Shown here piece by piece: positions 37,355 through 49,900 of a stretch of 64,000 nucleotides of DNA; within the stretch, counting starts at the first letter, position 1; every line of letters starts with the position of its first letter. A program made the position numbers and the translations under genes. This stretch comes from Pocillopora damicornis (lineage: Eukaryota). The notes beneath the pieces were generated by a model that was not told the origin of the DNA, searched no databases, and worked only from the letters and a program-made list of their open reading frames with translations. Location: the NCBI RefSeq assembly GCF_003704095.1, contig NW_020845558.1:744001-808000 (forward strand), given 5' to 3'.

Positions 37355-40300
37355 GATTCTTTAGATAAAAGTGCGGCGTAATATTGAAGAGAATAAAATT
37401 ATTATATTCATTAGACTGAAGACAAAAACACAAAAACAACTATCACAAAAGTGCAAATGATCTGCAAACTTTGATAAAAATAAACTTACTGTATGTTGTT
37501 TGTTTTTGTGTTCAGTTACACTAATGGGCCGCTAGGTGAGAAATGTATCGCACCCAAAATTTGGCAAGAATATTGCTGATTTACAGGGAGATTTCTGTGT
37601 CACAGCACCAAGAAACGACGTTGACGGTTCAAAACAACAGATCCCGCCAAGGCAAACTTGTTTGTATTTTGTTGTATATGCTACATGTAGTGTCCTATCG
37701 CATCACAGCAGATGGTAATAGGTCTCGGTCTGTTCTTTAGACAGAAAAAGTATGCATACATGACATATTCTTTGGGAATTGAATCCGCTGACTAGAAAAT
37801 TCACGCACTATTGTGCACGTAAACCTTCCTCCAAGTCTTTTTGGGAGGCGACGAGCCGAGAAAGGAAAATAGTCCGAAATGTGAGTGATCAGCGGTGAAA
37901 CAACTATAATGGTTCAAATAAAGATAGATCATTTGTAGTTGCAAATCGTTTTGTAACGCCGAAGTGTTGCCAAGTTATACTTCGCTGATTAAAAAGTTAA
38001 GACATTTTCCAAAAGTTTTGACTGTAACAATTTTTTACTGTTATATTAACCAACGAAGGCATCGGGAAAGGCATCGGTGACACCGGGAAAAGCATCAAGA
38101 AGAACGTTATTTACGTTTTGTAACTTTTTGTGTGACGGAAATGAAGTACCTTGACTTCCAGTTGTTCAAGGCGTTAATCACAATTGGTTCCCTATTCTCT
38201 TGAATTTTGCAATTTCGACAGTTTTTGCTGGAAAAATGAAAAGCTAAGCAACTCTATCGAACTCTACAAAAATGCAATTCTCGACACGGTCGGGACATGA
38301 ACCTTCTGCTTTCGGACTCAAGTGGGACAAGAGGAGTAGGAACGTTGCTAGGTACGTAAGGCGTACAAAGTGAAAGAGTTTTGAGTAAATGTACATTTAT
38401 GATAATGTAAGCATATATCTATTCTGTTCAATTTCCTGCCCCGTCCCCACCCCGCCAATTGACCATTGTGCAATCTCTGCTCTAACCAAGTCCTCCTTTT
38501 GTCACAATTTTGGCATCGAACATCGACAAGAGCTTTTCACTAACCCTCTTCATTTTACACCTTATTGCTTTTCACTGCAATACTCTTTACAACAGTAGGC
38601 ACATGCAGTCACAAACTGCCTTTTACAGCCACAAAACATCATTCTCCGTCACTAAACCTCATTAACCATGCTGAACTGACACATCTTTAATCGTTACTAG
38701 ACAACGCTCACTGTCATTGCACATCAGTAAGCGACTTTATACTCCACTCATCGTCGCCTGGAATAAGATTTACATCATTCTCCGTCACGACAGATCATTC
38801 ATTGCCCTTGGACGTCTTCTCAGTCTTTCACGGTCCTTAACGTGCGGATCACAAACAGCTCCGCACTGCTTATATCTTTTGAATAAAGAATGCCTTTTTG
38901 TAGCTCTTAGTTACTTAAACATATTGATAAGAATTTAAGAGGAGATGGACTGTTACTTCCTGAGTAAGCTGCCAGACTTAAAACCAAGATTCCTAAAGAC
39001 ATCTTCCCCACCCAAACTAGGATTGGGCACTCCTTGGAGTCTTCAAATATGGTAATGGCACATAGATTCCTCAATTTTCTAATAGAGAAGAAACAAATCT
39101 ATCGTTTCTGAGGCGCATTTCTTCATTTGCAGTTCAGAATTGCTGAGGCGTGGACCACTGGTTATGGCGAGTTACTGTCGTCGACGAAAGTTGGGACTTG
39201 ATACATGATAGTGAGTGATAAATCAGTCTTTGCTTGCTTTGTCAGAATATTCATGTCTTAGTACATATAAGTATGTGGCTCAAACAACTGACGTAACAAG
39301 CAGATGTCACTCGGGTTAGATTCTATATAGGATTAACTGAGGAATACAAATATTCTTCATTATGATCCATTATGTCCACTACAATGAATCTTCGTTTCAA
39401 ATTTAATTCAAGATGAAAGAGGGGTTAGTGGTTGTTACAGAAGAAAGGATTTCTTTTTTCGTTCATTAAGTCGTATCAGGGAACACCCCAAAGAAAACAT
39501 TCCACGCTGCACACAGTTAGCTATTGGTTAAAAATTTTTCACGCGCATTGCAAAATTTTTGAGATATTTTTTTGAGATATTTTTTTAAAGTTATGCTTGC
39601 AACGTTCATTTTTATTTTGTCCGTGCCCCCAGCCCAGCTTTGGTAACTTATCAATGTCGTCAATGTCAAAGATGTTTCACAGAGCATAAAATCTCTTTAT
39701 CTCTGAGGAAGAGAGAGGCCACCGTATGCTGATCACACTCCCGTTCCTCACAAGTAATATAGAATAAAAAAGGCATTCTGGATGTTCTTTGATAGTGCAA
39801 GCTTTGAATCAAAGAATTGATTTTAAATATGATCTGTCCAAATTTCCCAAAGTACATCGCGCCAATATTATGGAGGTGGTGTTTATCCAAGGTCACGCAA
39901 TATGGCTCATTGCGAATTCAACGTCGTCAAATAAGTAATCGCGGATGAAGCCAACGCCACGTTTTTTTAGGGCAAATAACAATTTCTTTTTTGAGCTACA
40001 AAAAAGCATTGGTCGACGAATCACACAACAGAATCTATCAGCCTCAAATCGGAAGTCTACTGCAAAATCTGTCTCGCTTTCAATAGAAGTTTGTTTGTTT
40101 ATCCAGACGTTTAGGCGCGGTTGTGAGGGCTATTGAGTAGTTGAGGTCATATTACCACTACTTTCGCTTTCCAAGAACTCAGCGCATCTCGAGGAAGTTT
40201 GCGAACAGTGAGACTTCACCGAAAGGTTGGTTTCATGAATTCCCTTTTTTCAATAGGCTCTAATAGGCTAATTTTTGGTCAGTTGTTGCTGTGAGGGGAT

Positions 40301-40695
40301 TTTCATTCCTCATTTAAGTTGAGCATTGGTGTAATTTTAAAATAGCTAGTTAGCCAACTCTTGTGTTCCTTACAGTTGGAACTTCAATCGGCAATGTTAA
40401 GCGGTTAGGGTATGTTTACATGTGTGTATAGTCTGAGGCTCTAAATCAGCCACGACACGCCTGTATATGGTAGGAGTCTTTTAAAACTCAGATTATCTTC
40501 AGTTTGCAATCACATTTTCTATCACGATCGGCTCTTTTAATTATTCATAACTGTTCTTCTCGAGGCTTTAAAATTCACAGCGCTGAAAATAATTCTGTTT
40601 CTCTTAGATTAGGGTGCTGCATCTTTATGTTTATCACAGTGTCGCTACGCGGTTACCGGTAGCAAATTATCACCTTTGGAGGTTTTCATCATAAA

Positions 40696-40773
40696 AATGC
40701 TGAATTTTTTCAGGCCTTACTATCACTACTGCTCAAGTAGTGTTCATTACTGCGAAGATCGTTTTCATTTTCA
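40696..40773 (+). mobile_element. probable SINE 3' fragment
   Basis: CTGAATTTTTTCAGGC...ACTGCGAAGATCG resembles an abundant coral SINE body (from recall, unverified). Confidence 0.4.
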
Positions 40774-40965
40774 AATAATAACAGTGTTGCATGAACCGAT
40801 GAAAGTAGAGTTATTACCTAGGTTTGTTATGCTTTTCATCAACATAGACAGGCACAGTTGTGCCTCGAGATGTAACGTAACCCTACCCTTTCCCCTTTCA
40901 CAGCTAGCATGCTCTTAATTTCATTTATTCTCTTCATAGAATTTTCTCCATCAGACTAGGTAGCC

Positions 40966-43900
40966 ATGGCAGAAAACATGGTTTCCATGATTGTGCTTGT
41001 TTTCGTGGTCAGTTGTTCCGTGTGTTTGCTGAATGGTAAGAACCTTGTATTTATGATCATCTTGTCTTGTAATGACATTCTAGCTGCTGAGTGGGAAATT
41101 CCTGATCTGCTTGTATGTAATTCTAAGGGATTTATAGTCATTTACTTCTCACTATTCCAGGAGAAGGAATACGCCACGAGGATGCAGTACCTATCAACAG
41201 GTTTGTCGTGTGTATTTTAACATCTTAAAAATGCTTGCGGTGTACGTTGTGCGTTTTAGAATGCTAAGATGTTTTACACACAACTGTATGCGATCACAGT
41301 GATCACTAAGGGTCCTGTGACTTTCGGTCATGCTAAATTGCAGGCTGCAGAGCGTGCAGACCGCGCTTTGTTCGCTGGAGAATTTGGACTGCTATAGCTC
41401 GCGAGACACTGACAAACTGATTTCGATAAGTATTATGCGGTTTTTTTCAGCCTGAGAAAAAAAAATTATGTTTTCTCGCTTATAAAATTTTATTTTACAC
41501 CTAGGTGGACGTTAAATGAAAGTTAAAAAACTTTTTCTGGGAACTGGTTTTTAACCGAATGATAATTGGTAATACACAATAAACGAGCGCCATTTGGAAT
41601 GCCGCTTGCGTGCCTTGTTTCTTCTGACCTGTAATCCAACTAGTACAGCTCAAGTCTGGGCCAGATTAAAGCACTTCTACTGTGTAAAACAAACCTAAAC
41701 GCTTCCGTTGCAGCTCGAAAGAGAAGAAAAAACCTTCGATCACTTTCTGGAGAAACATTCTGCAAGTGTGGGAGAGCCACTGATGTGTGTCAGATGCAAA
41801 CTTCAAATACTGTTTGTTTCTTGATTAAATAATACACTTACGAACTAAAGAAAAGCTGAAGAGGAGTGAAATTAGAATTTGTTGTTTATTTTCCATCTGA
41901 TGGGAACTTATCGCAGCCGACGTCGACCTTTCAACCGTACCAAATTACTCCGTCTGACTCCAAGCTCTAAACAGCGATAAATGCAAACCAACAGTGACAC
42001 ATTTCGTTCTATGTTTTCGATTTTTGGTAAAATGAAAAACATACCAATGAAACCCCAGTGCAGTCTGCCGGGTACCTGCGTATCACAAGTAATTAGTAGG
42101 ACAGTGTGCAAGTGAGGCCAAATCCAGGTTTCGATTTTCTATTTATGTTTATAACGACACTGTCGAAAGTATAAGCCTGCGCTGCATGACCCCCTGCAGT
42201 ATTTCTCTACAAACATGAAAGCGAGGCAACCGAGAAAACAAACCGACAAATTGGTTTGCCCTTCGTAGGTCTCTGCTTTCTACTTCTTGTGGTGCAAAGC
42301 TTGGTTGAAAATAGTGAAGAATTGCTTTCCTTCTGGAACGCTCAAAGTACTTACGAAAACACACGCTATTCGTGGTAGGCCCACACTAAAAGATGTCGAA
42401 CGTTAGTTTCCAAACGGGTCGTTCTGCGAACCAAAAAAATGCCATAACACTGCCAAAATTACTTTAAGCAATGCTAAACAAACTTAAAGCAATGCCAAAG
42501 ACAATGTCAAAAACAACGCCAAAGATACTCAAATGAACTCAAAACTACTCGAGCACGCTCGAACAAAGGAACAAATACCGACTGTTTAATGAGAAGGGAC
42601 TTCACTGTGGATTACTCTGAGGAGACAGTCAGACAAAGGTCTTCGTTTTCGTAACTACCAAAATATTCCGGGCAACATGGACGCCATATTGGAATCTTTC
42701 AAGGTGACATTGAATGCGTTAGCAGAATTAAGACGCCTTGGACTTATATCAGTGACAGTAAGGATTAGTTTCTTACTAATTGTATGGTTATTTGCCAATT
42801 TTTGTATATATCGTAAAGACCTGTGTATAAACACCACCTTTTAGCTTAAGTTTTGGGCCTAAAATTGTGGGTGCAGCTTGTACATGAGACCTTTGCTTTC
42901 ACAGAGAGTAAACTGGCTTGTCTAGACTTCTCTTGTTAACCCTTTAACTCCCATGTGTGACCAAGACAGAATTTCTCCTTACAATATCATTACAATATCA
43001 ACCATATAAGTGATGAGAATAAAGAAAAATATCAATTTGGGGATAATTAGTTGATCCAATACTAAATTCTCTGAATTAACATTATACGAATTGTATGATT
43101 GATAGTAAGGAGGATTACAAATTTGATCTGGTAGTCAAAAGGTTAAATGACTGCATGGTTACCATGCAAATGTTTTGCATTGTTCTCCTGCACTTTATTT
43201 TTGTTCAAATTCCATCGTTTTCATTGGGCTGTGGGCTTTAACAATGAAGACAACTGTTGTCAGTCAAAGGGAATGGGGAAATCAATTAAAGGAAGCTTTT
43301 AAAAGGTATTTCCAGAGTTGATTAACTTCTTAATGTCTCTTCAAATACAAAACATTAGATTTTGTCAAGTTTATTGTGAATGTCTGCGAACAAACAACCA
43401 ACTTTTTTTACAAGAGTGCCTTTTTGGTGTCTTCTATTTTTTTTTTCCAAAATCATGCTTGAAAGTTGGAGGGGTAGCTTATACACAAGTTTTTACAGCA
43501 GTTTTGCAGATAGATAATATGTTTCAAACTTTCCATTTCTATCTGATAACAAAGGCCACATTTGCATCCTGCAAGCTTGAATTCTGGGAAATATGCTAAT
43601 GCACACTGCTCAAAGCTCTTGCCAAATGGAGTCTCTTGGACTTCTTTATTGTTGTTTAAGTAATTGTTTGCATTTCAAAGGTCCCTATGCAAAGTTACTC
43701 TAAGTTATCCTGAGTAAATGCTTGTAGGCATCTAGTTTTCATTTCACACACACTGTGCATGCATTGAGATTAGGTTACTCAAAATAACAATAAAAAATTT
43801 TGTCATGTGTTGTCCAAAAATTGGAAACAGTTCTAATATTATCTAAAGAGTAATCATGTAAAATCACAGTTTTAAAAAAAGGAAAACAAAACTGCACAGT

Positions 43901-46900
43901 CTGCATCATCTGCAGTCTGCATTTTATCATGACTGTGTAACTTTCACCTTCTCCTCAAACTGTCACCCTGATGCAAAATTGAGTTAATGCTACTGTGTCC
44001 AGCTTTGTGATTTTGGAGTGGGAAACTTCAGAGAAACAAAGACATACTTTTCTTATTTGAATTGGATATTTGTGTGTTGTGTGTGTTTGACCATTAACTG
44101 AAGCATACTGCCGAGCCAGCTTGTACTTGCTTTTTCATCCTATTAGTCGTGTTACTATCTAAACTGAATTCACTTTGTCATGGTCATATTTGCTTCAGGG
44201 CTAGGCGTTCTGTACCAATCAAGTATGACATCTACACTCTGGACTACTTTATCGAGCTTGTGGAGAAGATTGAAAGACACACCATTACAAGTGGAGATTC
44301 TATAAACAAGGTTGTTAACTATGTTCGTCTCCTCGGTTACAACACTGATCTGTGGAACATAGTGTGTGGCAAAGCAGATCCACTACCAGACCCTATTTTG
44401 AACTCAGAAGAGAGACGTGTCCTGAATAACATGGTTGTAAACAGTTACAGCGATCAATCCAGCAGGCGAGAGGGTGTGGTGTTAACATCAGACCGGGAAA
44501 CCATTTCCATGGGTCGAGTCTTACTAGGCATTTGTGCAGGGCTGAATCGCGATAAAAGCCTCTCACTCAGAGCATGGACCTCAGGAGCTCCACTGCGTGT
44601 TGATAATTTGTTTACAGCAACAATTGCATACAGCCTTGGACGAAGTGCACTGTATAAAGCAAATGGTGACACTTCAGATTTATTTGGTCCATCTGGATCG
44701 TGGAGCCCAAAAACTGAATGCCCTGCTTCATACTCCTTAACTAACACAGCTTCTAAGGCTACTGATGCTGAATTACTGGGAGATGTTGATGGGTTCCTCC
44801 TAGGGCATGGAATCCCCCAATGGAAGAAGAAAGGTGTTAGGCTTGGTCAGTTGCTGAGAATGTACTACGGATCAGGTATCTGGAAATTAGAGTTAACAGT
44901 GCTAAGAGCAGAATGGGTATACATGCAAAATCTGCTTGCTGTTACTAGTTATTTGCTGCTGGCTGCAAAGAGAAATCATTTGAGAGAACTTATTTGATAG
45001 CTGAGTCCACTGATCCATATTCTGGTTCTTGTAAGTTTATAGATGGTATTGCTTCTGAATGGCAGAAGACTAGACTTAGTGCTCGACTGATGTTGAGTGT
45101 CCAGTTTTTTCCACTCCATGATACCCTCTGTTCTTATTATGTTTGTTTGATGACATATCTCCAGTTCCTTAGTGCTATAAAGCTTAGACAGAAAGATTCT
45201 TGTAGAGGAATGATGATTAAAAATTGGACAGGCAGGCACATACAAATAATAGATAGCCAGACAAATTCACACTAGTAGTCTGAGGAAATCACACAGACTC
45301 AAAAATGTTTTGCAGAACTTATCTTCACACGATACAATTTTTATTGCATTATTTCTGTAGCGACAAATTTGAGTTGCCAAGGCAAGAATGGGGACAGGAG
45401 TCTACAGACCTTACCCTTAATTATGTCCAGGAGTTAAACAATGAATCTGCCAGACTTGTGGCTTTGAACAGGAGTCACCATATGCTAATCTTACAGTCTT
45501 GTTAACTTGATACATTCTCTGCACATGGTGTACCAATTTGCAGTTATTGAATTCTTCCAATTAATTTCTTCTGAAAACAGGCATCCTTTATGATACTTCG
45601 TATGCAAGGTGCCGGAGAAACTCTAAATTTTCAAGTATCGTCAATAAAGATAATCTTCTGAGTGAGATAAACGGATTTGCCTCCGCCTACTATGACAGAA
45701 ACTCAGCTCAGCTTACAAGGGTAAATCAAGGCAGAATCCTCTCTCTGTCCAAGGACATAAATGAAAAATTCTTCCCCCACCTGGGTGAGTATCTGTCTTT
45801 GTATTTGTTACCAGCTTCATTGGAAACGCATTGAAAAGACTACTTTTGTGTGATTTTTTTTTCCAATTTTTTATTTCTGATTGCTTTGGTAATTCTGCTC
45901 CCTAAAGAGTAACTACGTGTTTTTAGCTGTATTATAGGCCATACAGTGCTGAAAGTCAAAAAACAAAGAGGTTGCTAATAATGAATTTGTCTGCTCTGCA
46001 GGTAATATTGCAGGAAATTCCAAGTGCAGTATTGACAAAGACAGCGCAGGTCAGAACTTACAAGTTTGTTTATGAGTGTATTCTCATTGCTTTCGCATAA
46101 ACTCGTATTACATGCGTCAACTCTTCTGTATTTTTTTACTTCCAGATTGTGAAATTCCAGCTAATGTTGTTTTTGTCATGGACGAGTCAGGAAGTGTTGG
46201 TTTTGACAACCATTTGAAGGAGAAGGAATTCATCGGGTTAGTGGTAATAATAACACCGCTTATGTAATGCTGCTTTATGGCGCTACTGCGGTATAACAAC
46301 AAAGCAAAAAGAAACCTCCAAACTTTGTGCGCGTGGATGGGTATATTAACATGAATCTTCTTTCTTGCTTGCTAAATGAAATGCATTCATGAATTTGGTA
46401 GATATAGTGAGGCAAATTTGTTTGAGCATTCAATTATTTTTTTATGCCTTGTACGTCGTTTTCTCAGAGTAATACTCCAAGACCACTCCCACATGGTGTC
46501 ACGAGTTGAATGCATATTGTCAGTAAAAGCAAAACAAGCGAATCGTTTTGTTTGTATTACCATTATTTAATCATCTAAGTGCTATCATTAGAATCATTAT
46601 TATCATCACCTTCAACCTACAATCACTGTTAGTCATTTTCAGTTCACAATGATGATATTTTGAAATCTTTTTAAGTATCTACTGTGCTAAAATCTAAGAC
46701 TGTTCGTCGGTATTAGGTAGTTTTTAGCAATGGAAAGGAATTGAAAGGCATGACTGGTATTGTGATTTTTGTGAAAACCTTCCACTGTAGAAAGCTTATT
46801 ATTTTTCAGAGAGATCATTAAAACATTTGACATTTCTCCGCGTCAAACTCGCGTGGCTATTGTTGAGTATTCCAGTACAGCCAGTGTAGCAGTAGCTTTA

Positions 46901-49900
46901 GACAACTATGGCTCCAAAACGCGACTGATGTGCGCAGTAGATGACATCTCGTATTCTGGTATGTTTTTCTTTGATTTTAAATCTAACTTCATTTGCATCA
47001 ACATACATCACTTAAAATTCTCTTATGATACTTAACTTACAAAATATTATTTACCAAAAATTAATAAAACATGATGTGAAGTGAATTCTTGTAATTTCGT
47101 GGAAAAGGTTGTGGTTATTCATCGTGGTGAATAACAATAAAAAGCTAAGTTTTTCGTTTGTCTCACAATGTAGTCACGTGTGATCTACATCACACGTGAC
47201 TACATCGTGAGACAAACGAAAAACTTAGCTTTTTATTGAATTCTTGTAATTTTGTTGATACATACAGTTTCACAAGGTCTTAGAGTTCCAAAAGGCTCGA
47301 GTTCTTGAAAACAGCTTGTTCACGGTTTAAATATTGTAGAGTGTCATAAAAAAAGTGTCATTTTGAATGAGTGTGAGTTGTGTCCCATCCTCCTAAGCCA
47401 TTATAAATCTTAATTTGGGTTTATCAACTGATATTATCAGGTAAATCAGCCTTCGTAAAGAGTTTCTTAAGCTGACGTTTCGAACGTCAGCACTTCGTTA
47501 TTTGCTGTGATTAAGGGCTAACGCTCGAAAAGTCAGCTTTAAAAACTTTTTACGGTGGCTGGTTCACTTTATCAGCTCAGTTTGTTGAACCAAATTATAT
47601 TGTAATACCCCATACAGACGCAGCACCATAGAAAGAGGTTACCCAGCAACGCTACGTCTTCTTGACCCTTGATTTAGCTATATCTTTGTGCCTGTAACTT
47701 ACCAAAGAGTTGAGTAATCCCCAATAGCGAATTGTTCGATTGCAATTAGCATATCAAGATTGTTCTTCACCCTTGAACATTTTTGTTTCTAACCAAACGA
47801 ATTTTGATTTACACAAGTATAACGTAGTTTTTTCGGTCTGAATAGCTGCGAGTTTCAAGTAAATCAACCCCGGAGAACTTGAACTATGTTTTGGAAATCA
47901 TGCACAAAGCATCTCGAAAATCCTATGAATCTATTACATAATGTGCTGACCATCTAAAGGGATCTTAAATGGAAAAAATAAAATTTCCTTGTTTTCAAAG
48001 CAATAGCTTATCACATCATTAAACCTGTTGATTGCATTGTATTCTCTTGTCCATTCCACAGATTAGGTTTAAAATAAGCTAAATTTTACGAAGACATAAG
48101 AGGGCTCTGAAGTAAAAAACAAATTTTTCTTCCATAGGCGGCTCCACGCAGACTGCAGTGGCTCTAGAGACTGTTCACTACTATGTATTACGACCCGCTT
48201 TGGACAATCCAGTGAGCGACACAGAAACAGTACAGGTACGACCTTAGTACCTATTACGAATGGATTATTCAACATACAACTTTGCAGAGATCAAATAATC
48301 TATGAATGGTGGTGAAGATGGGGGGGGGGGGGGGGGGGGGGGGAAGGCGCATAGCTAGGATTGAGGGGGCCTATCATCAGTCACCATATATCAATCTATA
48401 AGCTAAGCCAACTTTTCTGTGTGACATAGATCGTCATTGTACTCACAGACGGCTATTCTGACGATCGCTACGCCTTGGAGAACGCGGCGAAGGATTTGAA
48501 GAAAGACATAAAGGGTAATGTTCACTTATATTTAGCAGACAGATAAAACATTTTTGGCGCCCTCGAGAACCGAACGAAGTTCACTCATCATTTGATTTTA
48601 TCTGTAATCTATGAGCAGAAGGAATTGTGCTGCTTAATAGGCAGACAGTTATGTTGAGGCCTAGGGGATATAAAGCTTTGTTCTAGAATGCCAAGCGTTG
48701 CAACGGAAACGAGTAAAGATGCGCAAGAACAAAGTTTCTTCACTCCCAGGGACTGAAAATGGTCGCCGCCCTACTCTCCTATCAGCCAACAGAACTAACA
48801 ACTCGTACCTCTAAAGCTAAGTATGTGTGGTGTATCATTGACGGAGATTAAACAACTTCCTTCCGCCCAATTAAATGGCATAGTTCTGTACACAAATTTT
48901 CTTGCATGGCTGTATGTAGAAATACAGTGATACAACCTTATTTGGTAAATCATAGACTTCAGGTGTAGCCCATGCCTTGTCTGTGTATAATGAATTTCAC
49001 TCTGAAACTTAAACATTTCAGACCTGACAATGATTTCTGTTGGGGTCGCAAATTACGATCTTTTCGAGCTGCGTTTGATTGCTACTGACGAGAAGCACCA
49101 TGTTTTCACTGCTGAAAACTTCGACAAACTTCCTGAGTTGGTCACGTCGCTGAGAACAAGGGCTTGTAATGGTGAGTTTCGAATTCTGTGATTGACATGT
49201 AACTTTACCCTATAATACCCATACATTATCCACCTAACCGGTAACGAGAATTCTCAAACTTATTAGGTAGAGATTGTTATCTTGTTCCAACACTAAATTC
49301 TCGTTACAGGGAAATGTGTAGCAGATAGAAGGGAGAATTAACAATCAGTTCATTGATGTTAAAGGGTTAACTTAACCCGTTGCCAGCTTCCTGATAATTT
49401 AATTTCGTAGAGTATGTAGCCTTAGAATTATGGATTTAACATGACATTTAATTAAAAAATAGTTTGGGCTTTTCCTTCTCGCGAGCAGGGAGTTTCTAAT
49501 TTGACCTTTGTGAAGATATGCTGCCGAATCATCAGGCCTCAAATATATCTTTGACCCAAGCATGAAGAAGAGTCCTTGATAGTGCAATTGAAAGTGTCCT
49601 TATATCATCCGCTATAGACTCCTCACAAAGTTGAAATTTGCTCTTTAAGCGTGAAGATCATATTCGGTAATTAATATTGACATGGTAACTCCTGAACGAG
49701 CGAAAGGAGCTTTTTCACGTTTACAAATCTTAAACATTTTCTAAAGTAATTAAAAGGCTGATCATTTCCACTCCGAGTTGATTTTCTCTAACCCAACTAA
49801 TCCTCCTTCATTTCTCCATTTTGGGATTTATGTCACATTTCTGTATCACTTAACCAATGTTCTGTGGTTTTCCGTCACACTGAGCAACTATCCTGTCCTG

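Larger units (their letters stand above)
41325..43935. mobile_element. non-autonomous DNA transposon with about 37-bp TIRs and a 9-bp TSD (Mutator-like)
   Basis: CGGTCATGCTAAATTGCAGGCTGCAG ... CTGCAGTCTGCATTTTATCATGACTG, flanked by TGTGACTTT / TGTAACTTT; lies in intron 2 of the VWA gene. Confidence 0.75.

Noticed and set aside
48320-48343. Poly-G tract as a G-quadruplex
   Set aside because: Intronic homopolymer of unreliable length; similar G runs occur elsewhere in the window near repeats.
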